64,000 nt of DNA from Octopus vulgaris (Eukaryota). A program made the position numbers and the translations under genes. The stretch is from positions 43,400,001-43,464,000 of the forward strand of contig OX597814.1 of assembly GCA_951406725.2 (NCBI GenBank). The letters are read 5' to 3'. Of this stretch, positions 26,501-38,889 are shown piece after piece. Numbering within the stretch: position 1 is the first letter of the stretch; every line of letters starts with the position of its first letter. The notes under the pieces were generated by a model. The model made no database searches. It was not told the origin of the DNA and saw only the letters and a program-made list of their open reading frames with translations.

Positions 26501-29402
26501 TTAAAGTTTATGTTTGTATGAAAAGAAAGTGTCAATTTATCCGTCCGGCTTTGATGAAATAAAATCCCAGTAAAGAACTGCAGTTGATTTATTGGACTCC
26601 GTCAAATAGCAGGATATTTCTCAAAGTGGAAGTTATTTTTAATATATATAACAAATATCCATTTCTCTACGGATATCAAACTAAATAAAGATAGATGAAA
26701 TGCATTCGCTATTATTAGAGCATTTTTATAAATTGTATTTGTCTCATAGAAAGATAAAGTATATAATTTGTATAGGGCATTGACAAAAATGTATTTTATT
26801 TTGCAAAATACTATTTAAGAAGTTTGATATATGAATGTTGTATAGTTGAACTGAAATAAAAAAAAAAAAACGTTTGCTAATTTCTCGATCTATATATCTC
26901 GGTGGCATATTAATATAAACTCTGAATAAATATCAGGAAAGTGCTGATAATACGTTTTCTCCATACATTTGTTAGACGCGTCTCATTTCGGAGACAGTTC
27001 GTATTAAAATATAATAATCTTAACATGGAGTGGAACGAAATAGAGTGATTAGATCTAAATGAAAGAACTCGTGATGGTGTTAACTGTTGCTTTATTAGGC
27101 TACATATAAGGATTTAATCTCGGGTTATCCTGTATCAAGCTGTGTAATATATTTTATGGCCTAATACCTCGGGTAGAATTTGCATTACTATGTATGCAAC
27201 TTTACTTAGAGTCTTCATACAGTTCACTGTTAGTAGAAAGTTCTGAATACATCAATGTTTTATGTTATAGTTTGTGGTATCATATATTCAATCCTATATT
27301 ATAAACAAATTTGAAGTGAACATCGGTTATATGTGTTTAATTATATAAAGTTCATGTTGTGAAGAGAAATTAATATATATTAGTATTAATGTGCACATAC
27401 GTTTCGTTGTGGTTCAGTACATTCCAATTTGATTATATTAACATAGATTACGGAAATATATAAAATTAATATTTGTTTTGGAGTGTATACCATCCACGCT
27501 TTATTACATTTAATACAAGGGTTTGTAATTACATGACTCTTGTTTATCTGACACCCTACATTTTTTTAAAATATTGGTTTTATGCAGACAAATGCTTTTC
27601 ATCTGTAACGTTAATTCAGTAGCTTGCATTGAGTTCTGATAAAAATGAGATAAGAACGTTTGCCGCATTTCATCTGCAATATGAAAGATGTTCTGGACAC
27701 ATGTATTTGTTGTCATCATATATTTTTAGTGCTTTGGCGAAGAGGTGGCCAGAGCATGTGAGATTATTAAGAAAGAAGTAAAAACGCACCCTGAAACCAG
27801 AGATATAGTCACAATATTTGCAAATGCATAGATTCCGTTAAAATCAATCAAGGCAACTGAAAAACGAATTGAGACTAACCCTAAAGTTTGCCATGGCAAG
27901 ATTTAAATTCAAAATGCGAAGTACTTGTACAAATAGAGCAATGTATTCGATCCAATGTTCCGATTGTTCTGACACTCCAATAAGTTAGATTGCTTTTTTT
28001 ACGAACATGAAAGAATGAAAGTCATAGTTAATCTCACAAGAATTTGAACCAATTGTGCATCGAGCCCGTATAAATACGACAAAACCACTTATCTTGACTA
28101 ATTTTGCGGGAAATTCTGTGCAAATTCACCAGCTAAAATGCCTCCATAATAAGGTTGTCAAACATAGATGCTAATGAATGTCATACAGCATATTTAGAGA
28201 GAGATGGCATAAAACAAAAGACATTTTCTTCAAAGTTTTGCAACAGATATTTTTCTCGTGTATATCAAGCAGGTAATCCTTCATTAAAACAATATTCGGA
28301 AGATCATTCAGAGAAACGTCCATCTAGTATCTTGCAATAAACCAGCGCTTATTCTTGACTTTCAAATGAAGACGTTTGTTGTTATTTGTAAATGACGAAG
28401 TACTTATTTAAAGTATATATATAGTTTACAAATCGAATATATTGAACTTCCTTTACCGAAAGGGAGTAGACTCCCCGAGATGCTTTACAAACAATAAGTT
28501 TGTGTGTTTTATTAAAAGCTTAGTTTGATGATGTAATGTATATGTTAGTTATATCGTGTCTTGATATAACGAGACCTCGCCGATAATGGGGCTGCTTCTG
28601 TGAGCAAGAACCACTTGGATCACTCCCAGTCCTTGTAGTTGGTAATTTTAACAATGCTCTCAGAATAAATTGCATCTACATAAGACATTTTTTGCTTTCG
28701 CTTTATCCATTTACCAAATTCACTCACGAGACGCTGTTCGACCGCGTCTATAGATGAGGACACTTGCTAAGATGTCACACAGCGGGACGGAACATGGACC
28801 AGATTTGCAAGACAAGATTGTTAACCTCACACCCAAATCTATATATGTGGGTGTATATTTTGTGTGCATACGTACATAGGAATTCAATAGAAGAAAGATG
28901 AAATTAAACTAGTTCTTACAAACAACATTACAGCGAAACGTAATTTACAAAGATAGGTACCTTCGGAAATATTCATATAACGAATTAGTAAATTCAATTT
29001 GCAGGCTATATCAACACGCATTAGTGAGATGTGTATATTTGCAATAAGAAATAATGCATCGTCATTAATATTGGTATTAAAAAATTGTTTCTATCGCATT
29101 TTATGTATTCTATGTGTTATATAGAAAAATCACTTCTATTATTGATGATCTGAATTTATAGTTTAGTGGTGAGAAATATGTCAAAAAGTGTGTGAATTTC
29201 AACTTACAACCCGTAGGAATAAGATACAATCGCTCAGCAAAGGTGCAGGTGAAGTATCCATCAGTTTGTCACTAAGTGCACCAATTACTTGCCATGGAAA
29301 TATGTACTTGGCAACATTGGCGGCGGAATGTAAGGAGATTAACGTTAGCATAAATAAAGCCAAAAGTCACACGTATATACATACGAAAACGTACAGTCGC
29401 TG

Positions 29403-29446
<44 letters not shown>

Positions 29447-29570
29447 ATGCATGTATGTGTGTGCACACACACAAACACACTCGCATTCACACACACATTT
29501 GTATACATATATACATATATACATACATATATACATACATACGTACATACATACACACACACACACACAT

Positions 29571-29636
<66 letters not shown>

Positions 29637-30946
29637 AGCAGCAGGAAGGGAGAAATGTTGATTATCAACACGTGATGAGTTGTAGTATATATAAGAAATT
29701 AAAGAAGGAAAATGCACACACTTTACATAGTTTTACTTTACATTGTTTCTAGGTCTGTGAGTTGATATATACAGTAGTGTTTTGAGATGAGGTGTGGTGT
29801 TATGTTTTATTATCGTTACTGTTTTTGTGTCTTATTTTCTTGGTACGCCTAATTCCATCGTCTATAAGTGAGGGTTGATATTGTCTTTCAGTTAATGTTG
29901 TTCTGAGGTCTTGAAGACAAATTAGAATGGATATTTATTTTGATGTGTTTCGAGTGGCATAAGCTAAAAATAATATATTACTTCGAGTCCGTTAGTTTAT
30001 GTTAAATATCAGTTATACTTTGGTTTTTGATGTTTTTTATCATAATATCCAAACATGGGAGGTTGTCTTTGCTATATTCTATCGTGAGGTGAATGTTAAG
30101 GTTTATATAATTTAGTGTTCATTTGAATTTCAAAAATTTATCAATGGTCTCCCTCAAAATGATAAAACAATTATCCAGGTATATTTTCCAGTTTTCTCCT
30201 ATATAATGGTGAAATAGATAACCATATTTTTGCAGTGACACATCATATATGGTGAATTCAAAATAACCCACTATTAGGTTCTCAAAAACAGGGGCTACTT
30301 TCGTTCCCGACGCAATTCCGCATTTTTTATGGTAGTAGGTGTCATCAAATGGGAAATATTATTTTGAAGTATACACTTTATAGATACAAATAATAAAGAT
30401 CCTATTTGTGCGTTCCGGAAGTACTTCGGGATACTTTTCCAACCAGAATTTGATTGGTTTTATTCCATGGTCATGTGGGATGTTGGTATAAAGATTGATA
30501 ACATCGAAGGAAACCAATAATGCCTCTACATCAATTGCATTTGTTAGGTGATCTAGCATGTTTAAATTGTCTGTAAGAAAACATTTGATGTACTTCAGCA
30601 AGGGTTTTAATTATCCGTCTAGAGAATTGCTTAGGCAGTGGATTTCACAGGCTGGGCCAGCTATAATGGGCCTTAACTTTAAGTCTTCTGGCGCTTGGAT
30701 ATTTATGTTTTTCCGTGGTGATTGTTTGCAGGCTTCATTACCTATCTTGCTCGCGTGTCTTTTAGGTAGGCCATCAAAATCTGCGTTTAAATTTAAAGTT
30801 TGTGATGTAATCAATTTATTTTTCCTGTTACGGCTTTTCCATGTAAAATATTAAGGATGCAATTTTTTCCATTGTCTTTTGTTGGTAATAGTTTCAATTT
30901 TTTTCGTAGAAGGCATCGTTTTCTAGCATGGCTAATACTAACTTTT

Positions 30947-31511
30947 GGGGCGGAGGTAAAGAACGTGGACCGTAACTCTTTTCGTTTTTTGTATTTTTCT
31001 TTCTACTGAAACCTACCTTTACGAATCTGCAAGAACAAATTGGCGTTTATAACTTTTACTAACCCCTACTCTACCCCACCCACAATTTTTAATTTTTCTT
31101 AGAATTTTTTCTTTACGAAATATGTAGACAAATACGGATATTAGTTTTCTGAAAAAAAAAATTTCTAAAATTTCAAATTTTCAAAATAAAAAAATTATAA
31201 TAAAAAATAAACGCCCTTCCCCTCCTACTAAAATAGCAGACGTAAATGGTATCTAAACTGAAAATTCGACATTCTAGAAAAATCACCTAAACGACGAATC
31301 CCGTTATCAGTTTTATTTTACCGCATCGCATTTTTGTCAGAGGGGTAGAGAGGGGGATCCATGTTCTAAATACGAATTACCAAAAAAGAAAAAAAAATTA
31401 AATATCATTTTGTTATCGTGTGTGTGTGAAAAAAAACTAATTTACCCCTCTCAATTCCAAAAAAACCATCAACCGAAAGGGAATGCAACCCATGTCCTTC
31501 AACTCCTCCGG
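30947..31511. mobile_element. MITE-like insertion with imperfect ~40-bp TIRs and apparent TTTT duplication
   Basis: Left gcggaggtaaagaacgtggaccgtaactcttttcg vs right-end rc gaggagttgaaggacatgggttgcattccctttcg; excision restores the PLE frame EYYKKLVL. Confidence 0.65.
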
Positions 31512-31542
31512 TTTTTGTAGTATTCTGTATCCATCAGAACTA

Positions 31543-32806
31543 CGAGGGGCGTTCAATAAGTAATGCTCCTGACCCACTTCCCATAGCAGTAGAGCAACGA
31601 CACTTGGCACAGTTATTAGTCTTTTCCTACATAGGAACTACCCAGAGTTATGCATTTCTCCCATCGTTTGATACAGCTCTGGAGACCGTTTTTGTAGAAG
31701 ACCCCAGCTTAGTCCTCCAACCACGACGTGACTTCAGAAATCAAGGCTGCATCATCTGGGAAACGCTTTCCTTTCAAAATCAACTTCATGGCTGGGAAGA
31801 GGTGAAAATCAGAGGGTGCAAGGGGAGGAGTTCATAGCTGCACGCCTGTGCTTCTGATCTGGCGACACACGAGTTGTGGACTGGAGCGGTGTCCTGCAGG
31901 AGGAGGATGCCTTTGCTGATCTTGCCCCGCCTCTTGATTTTGATAGCTTCTCTTAATTTCCTCAAAAGTGAAGCATAATAGGCTCCTGTAATTGTGGTAC
32001 CCTTTGCCAGGAAATCAGTCATCACTACTCCGTCCTGGTCCCAGAAGACTGTGAGCATAACCTTGTCAGCGGAGGGCTGCACCCTTGCCTTCTTTGGAGG
32101 AGGTGAGTCATGGTGCTTTCAGTGCATTGACTGGGCTTTGGTCTATGGATCATAGTGATGGACCCAGGTTTTATCCTGTGTGAGCTGTCTTTTGAAACAT
32201 TTTGACTAATCTTCTTGGCACATCTCCAAATTCATCCTCGAGCACTCAACGCGTTCTTGCTTCTGGAAAGGTGTGAGCAACCTGGAAATCCATCTGGCAG
32301 ACACCTTTTGCATATGCAAATGGTCATGAATGATAGTTTCCACAGACCCGGTACTAATCTTGACCTTATGGGCTATTTGGCGAATAGTTATGCGTTGACC
32401 TTCCAAAATGGCAGCCTCAACTTGACGGACAAACGTCTCATCAACGGCAGAAGGGGGCGACCATATCTGGGAGCTGTTTTCCACAGAGTTCCGACTATGT
32501 TTGAATTCACAATGCCAGCGTTTTACAAGGTCATATGATGGGGCATCATCACCATAAGTTACTTTCATTTCATCAAAAGTCTCCCGTGGTGTGCGTCCTT
32601 TGAAATACAAAAACCAGATCACTGCTCGACACTCAACAGGCTCCATTTCACATTTGACTCAGTTCAAACACCTCTAAATCAGAAACCACAATTAGCTGTA
32701 ATTCGCCACCTAATCTATAGAGGTATGGATAAGTGCACATGCAAAATTTCAGCTAGATCAAACAACTGCAAGTAGGTCAGGGGCATTACTTATTGAACGC
32801 CCCTCG
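31543..32806 (-). mobile_element. Full-length mariner transposon (irritans-like), transposase disrupted
   Basis: TIRs CGAGGGGCGTTCAATAAGTAATGC at both ends, TA duplications (31541-2, 32807-8); MEPVECRAVI..., SARWISRLLT, KVMLTVFWD, LLQDTAPVH. Confidence 0.95.
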
Positions 32807-33819
32807 TACATCACTTCTTTGTCGGCTTCTTTAATTGGCAGGTCTCTGTCGTTTGTAGTTCAATTAGATTTTTTTTCCATCCTAGATCGTTGAGGTTTGA
32901 ATTAATGTTTCGTTTATGGAAAGTATACGGGAAATTTGGGATATGGTCGCAGAAGTCCTATAGTATTTTATTCCTACTTTTAGGTGGAAGATATTTACTT
33001 CTGATTTTAACTAGTGACTATTCCTTGTTGTAGTCAGTTAGTGCTTCTGTGAGTCGTAGTTTTCTGCAGAATTCCGAAATATAGTCTTTAATTCCATTGT
33101 GGTTAGATCTTCGTGGGGTAGGTGTAAATTTAAATCCTTTAGCTAGTATAATGATTTTTGTTGCAGAGAGAGTTTTCTTTGATACATTTATTACTTTGGC
33201 TTTCTCTTGTAAGCTTCTAAGTCCCTCCTAGCGTGTGGAATGTATGTGTAGTAATGCCCACTTTATAATATAAACATACATATTTAAGTGAAAATATTGG
33301 TAGATTTTTTCTCTTATGAGGTTTTTCACGCTGACTACTTGATAAATTCTTATGAAGATTTTATCCTATTTTTCAATTGTAAATTTAACTGGAGTATATT
33401 CAGTACTGAATTCTTATTCCGAATAAGCACGTTCCTACCGAAATGCAATTCGAAAAAGCCTGCCATTTACATAGATGTATAAGGAGGTGAACATCTCTAT
33501 ACGCTACGCTGCATACGATGGTTTTTCGTCTGGCATGTTGATTTTGTTCATTCATTATAAATCTTGAATTATGCTTGCACTGATGAGTAAGAGTGTACCA
33601 TTGAATTGATTATCAAATCACGGTGATCAGCAGCTAAATTATGTTTTTATATGACTTGCTTCGAGAGCCGCATTCGGTACGATGCGTTTAATTATTTTAG
33701 CAGTTTTGACTTTAAGAGTCCCTCCTAGCGTGTGACATTTATGTGTAGTAATGCCCTCAATATAATATATATACATATCTGTATATATACATATGTGTTA
33801 GTGTGTGAGTGTATGTCTG

Positions 33820-34016
33820 TGATTATTCCTCGACCATCGCTTGACAAACGATGCTGGTGTGTTTACGTCACTCTATCTAGCTGTTCGGCAAAATATACTG
33901 ATAGAATAAGTACTAGCCTTGCAAAGAATAATTCCTGGGGCCGATTTGTTCGACTAAAGACGGTGCTCCACCATGGCCGCAGTCAAAATGACTGAAACAA
34001 ATAAAAGAGTAAAAGA
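33820..34016 (+). mobile_element. SINE 3' body (multi-copy family)
   Basis: gctggtgtgtttacgtc...gatagaataagtacta...ttcgactaaa.ggtgctcca.catggccgcagtc...tgactgaaac; related copies at about 34170-34330(-), 37065-37260(-), 50570-50985(+), 51720-51790(-). Confidence 0.75.
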
Positions 34017-34019
34017 ATG

Positions 34020-34070
34020 TAGATAGATAGATAGATAGATAGATTGATAGATAGATAGATAGACAGATAT

Positions 34071-34157
<87 letters not shown>
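34020..34157. repeat. (GATA)n microsatellite (further arrays at 34449-34541 and 34952-35026)
   Basis: Direct reading. Confidence 0.97.
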
Positions 34158-34158
<1 letters not shown>

Positions 34159-34447
34159 GCAATTTATCCTGCACCGCCTTGAGGAAATATTATGTAAATG
34201 AATCGACCCTAGCACTTGTTTTTATAGCGTGGTACATATTCTATCGGTGTTTTATGCACAGCCACTAATTTTCAGAGACGCAAACAACCCAACACTGGTT
34301 ATCAAGCGGTGATAGTGGAAAATCAGATACAAAGACACACACATGCTCACAATTACACACACACACATACATCCATATACACACACACATACATAGAGAG
34401 AGAGGGGGGAAAGAGAAATAGACATATATATATATATATATATATAT

Positions 34448-34542
<95 letters not shown>

Positions 34543-34951
34543 CAAAGTAGAGCTTTTCTTTTTGGGGGAAAGAAAAAATGTGGGGTAGGTTTTCGATCAT
34601 AAGGGATCGTAAAAATGAAAGAAGAAAAAAAGGAAAAGAAACAAAAGAAAAAATCGATCAAAAGGGATCGTGTATCACAGTGTTATGATGTAAAGTGTAA
34701 AGGGGGAAGCAGATAAGGTTTATACGTGGGAAGAAAAGCCTACGAAAAAGACCACGGTAACCTCGGTCAATATTGTTACATGTTACCACATTTGTTTGCA
34801 AGTAGGTAACCTCTGTTTTAAATTTTCCGGGTTTATAGGATTCAGCTCAAGGTGGCTTCATGATTCATACGTGCCATCCTTCCTACATTCACCCGTCTTT
34901 TTTTTAAGCATTCGCTAGACAACACTTGCCTCTCTACTCTCACTTTCCTTT

Positions 34952-35027
<76 letters not shown>

Positions 35028-35789
35028 CAAGATGGACCTCCGTCTACCAAATCAACTGTCAAGTCATTGATTGCCTCGACGCAACAACACAAGCAGTAGC
35101 TGAAGATGCCACGCAGTAGCATTGAATCCGTAACCATATTATTGAGAAGCAATATTTTTCCAGACAGCTACGCTTGCGCGTACATATATCTGTGTGGGTT
35201 TCTTTATCTTCAGCTATATGTATGCGTATTAGCTTGGGTGTCCTTGTGAGTACATGTGTATAGATATTGTTGCCAGTCTTTAAGTACAAATGAAAGATAC
35301 GTTAGCGATATTCTTTCTCAGTAAATCGATAAGAAATATCACATCCTCTTTCCTATATATCACTTATTATTATTCAAAGATAACAATTGAAAGCAAGCCA
35401 TCTTTTCGTAATTGAGTTATGAATACACTACGTTGCTAACATCTAAAAAGTGTACGTAAATCTAAACAAGATGCAAGAAATACTTCATTTTGTTCTTGTT
35501 TCGCGCTAGAGTTCTCCTCGTGTCCAGTATTAATATATATAATCGGCTTTGTTTCATATTGGACAAAGAATTAAGACTAAATGGGATTTTCTCTGAAGGA
35601 ACAGATTAATTGTGTAAATAATTACGAAGGATTACCCTTTAAATCTACCACAAATAGTTTATAATGTTCAAATGGTTCACCATCTAAAGTTCGACTTTTT
35701 ACTGATTCAAATATAGATTTTAACTGGAAGATATGGAATGTCATCGCAACTTTTATCGTTAGAGATATTTGCAAAAATTGGCGTTTATA

Positions 35790-35831
35790 TTCGTTTCAAA
35801 TTCGTTTCAAATTCGTTTCAAATTCGTTTCA
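35790..35831. repeat. 11-bp tandem repeat (ttcgtttcaaa) about x4
   Basis: Direct reading. Confidence 0.9.
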
Positions 35832-35923
35832 TGCGTTTCAAATATGAATGTATTTAAGAATGAACAATACATTGTAATAATAATATATTCCTGCATGTAT
35901 GTATGTATACGTATATATATATG

Positions 35924-36006
<83 letters not shown>

Positions 36007-36014
36007 TATATATA

Positions 36015-36600
36015 CTGGCGAGGTGTGAGATCACTGGTATTGAAACAATTTTGATTAAGATACAAATGCGGTGGTCTGGTCATCTCTTAAGAATGGATGA
36101 CTCAAGAGTTCCAAAGCAGCTTTTATATGGGCAATTGACAAATTGTTCCCGTCCAACAGGGCTTCCTCTTCTTCGTTACAAGGACAAACTAAAAGACAAT
36201 CTGAAGCGTTGTGACACTGCTCTGAATTCCTGGGAGAGTGCAGCAAGGGATCGCAACATATGGAGGACAAATGTGTTTTCTAAAGTTTTGAGAATTTGAA
36301 AGTAACCGTCTTCGTCATAGGGACACCCTCGTGCAAATTTGAAAGCAACGCATCAGCAAAATCCAGTAAACAATGACTGTGTGTGTCACTGTGGGTTTAA
36401 AGCACGAAGCAAAGCAGGGTTAGCTGTCCACTCGAGAAGACATTTTGAACCAACGAATACATGCAGGTGTACCATTTGCGAGAAAGTGTGCAAGACATCT
36501 GCTGGATTGAAGGTACACGTGCGGTGTCACAAGGCTTAGGAATTGTTGAAGGTTATTTACTGAACCCTCATTCATCGTCTTCGATGAGAGAATCCACCAT
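36015..36600 (+). mobile_element. RTE-clade LINE 3' end with two zinc-finger motifs
   Basis: [25 protein letters not shown]...RYKDKLKDNLKRC; CHCGFKARSKAGLAVHSRRH; CTICEKVCKTSAGLKVHVRCH; ends in ccacca(TA)n. Confidence 0.88.
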
Positions 36601-36639
36601 ATATATATGTGTGTATGTGAGTGTGTGTGTGTGTGTGTG

Positions 36640-36849
36640 TGACCGCGTGTGTATCGTTGGCGATTTATTTCCTCTGTCTTCCCTTCCTTGGATCTTTCCT
36701 TTTTCTATGTTTCTGACGAAGAGCTCCGCCCGAAATGTTAAATCCTCTTACCTTCTTCCCTTTCCTGAGAGTCCAGTAACGCTATACTTGTTCCACGTCC
36801 TCACGTTGTTGTATTTTCTCTTTGTGTTTTCATGTTTGGATTTTAACTT

Positions 36850-36850
<1 letters not shown>
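36640..36850 (+). mobile_element. Short repeat family A with hammerhead motif (36709-36743)
   Basis: GUUU-CUGACGA-A-GAGC-UCC-GCCC-GAAA-UGUU-AAAU; ends in (TA)n. Confidence 0.8.
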
Positions 36851-36895
<45 letters not shown>

Positions 36896-36907
36896 TATAT
36901 GTATGTA

Positions 36908-36975
<68 letters not shown>

Positions 36976-37890
36976 GAGAGAGAAATACATAGATAGATAG
37001 ATATAGATGCAGCTATAGTTATAGATATATACATACATACATACATACATATACATGCATACACATTGTTTTATCATTTTACTAGTTTCGATCATAATAT
37101 TGCTGTCATGCTGGGGCAGCGCCTTCAAGAATGTTTCTAGAAACAATACACCCTTTTTTAAGCCTTGTACTATGTCTTTCTTTCCGTTTTGCCGAACCAC
37201 TGCGTTACGGAGTCGTAAACATACCAGCCCTCTTTGACAAGAGTTGGTGGGACACATAAACATACTCTCTGAATGCACACGTAAATACACAAACGCTCAA
37301 ACACATATACACTTACAGCATATCTGTCTCGTATTAACCGTTAAAAGGAACGAGTTGTCAATGCCATGGGAGAGATTAATGATATTTTCTTAACTAATCA
37401 GTCTCTTACGACTCTAAGATTCACGGGAAAATTCAGACGAGATGTAACTCCACAACTCGCAAAGAAACAAACTTGCATACACATATAGTTAATTTTACAC
37501 TCAATGTGAAAGTTCCATATATAATTAGGACTCAAATTTCAACGACGTTAAGGTCCCGCACGGACACAACAGAGTTCAGTCGACGAAACATGAATATTTA
37601 ATGCTATTATGTAGTGACAAAAGTCAAATGTAGTTTAAAACTTTTTTTTAAATAGATGCTTAAGATATGTCGTTACGCGGGTATCAATAATGAAATTAAT
37701 AATGAAATCGATTACAGATCAGCTCATCAGATGACAATATCAATATTTTTACATTGTCATCCGTTGATCTGAATGATAATCGATTTAATTTTTAATTATG
37801 GACTATTGATACGTTCGTATCTAATATCTGAAATATCAAAAATTTGCTTTCTATTTTTGTTGTTTTAAATTATACTCTCTCTCTCACTCG

Positions 37891-37941
<51 letters not shown>

Positions 37942-38889
37942 GCCCTCTCTCTCTCTCTAACAGACACAGGCATCTCCTCCAGCTGCCTAACGACTCACAT
38001 TCTGTGTCCGATTAGTATTTGCGAGGGGAAGTCATCGCTTCCATCTCTAGCCTTATGTGTACACTCGGATTCGAGCTTCTTGATGGTTACCCGTCCTCAA
38101 CGTGTGTTAATCACCAGCTAGTGATGGAAGCTCATTCCACTCGCAAATTACTATATATTTTTCAAGCGACTTACTAGAGAGAATGTTATATAAATTCTCT
38201 GAGCGAGATATAAACAGTAGCGGTACTGGAGGGGATGTCTTCCTGGAGCTATAAATATCGGTAGCATTGTCCAATATAGCACTCCACACTTAGTTGTATT
38301 TAGGGACGGTCATTTTATTTTTGCCAGATAAACGCAGGCACTATATATCCTTTCTTCACTCGTTTATTACTGTTCTTTTTCTTACTCATGTCCATTATCA
38401 GGAAATCTTTTGTCACACATTTGTGACCTCATCAGCAACACTTTCCCTCTTCGTGTGTCCTTTTATTCTACTTATGCCGTTCTGTTCTTCTACGATGTGT
38501 ATCCTTACCTACGCATGCGTCTGTGTTTCTGTACATTGTGTGTGTGTGTGTGTTTCATTGTTCTCAGTAGCACTATGACCAATCCTGCGTCCCCGTCCCC
38601 TATCCTGTTGTAAGTGTGGCTGCCCTTGAGCCCGATGTACCGTTCTTGTAACTCAATTTGTTAGTGTGTTCACCCACTCTGCAGTCAGCGTAGTAGATAA
38701 TGTTGCTGCTGTTGTAATGTTACCGTATGTGTGTCAGTATGTTTTTATGGGTTCGCTTCCTATGCCGTTTGCAACTGAGTCCTTTATACAGTCTTTTTTA
38801 ATGTCTCTAATTTTGTAATATTTATCGTAGATATGTGAATATATATGTCAATTGTATGTGTATTATACTGTTTGTATCTGTTTTTTTAA

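Larger units (their letters stand above)
29760..33220 (-). mobile_element. Penelope-like element RT pseudogene, interrupted by two insertions
   Basis: VINVSKKTLS..IILAKGFKFTPTP..EFCRKLRL (about 33050-33195); IKEADK; LMDTEYYKKLVLAML; LRPIIAGP; LLVSFDVINLYTNIPH (RT motif A). Confidence 0.88.

Noticed and set aside
35790-35831. CRISPR-like or regulatory repeat
   Set aside because: Simple 11-bp tandem without spacers in a eukaryotic context.
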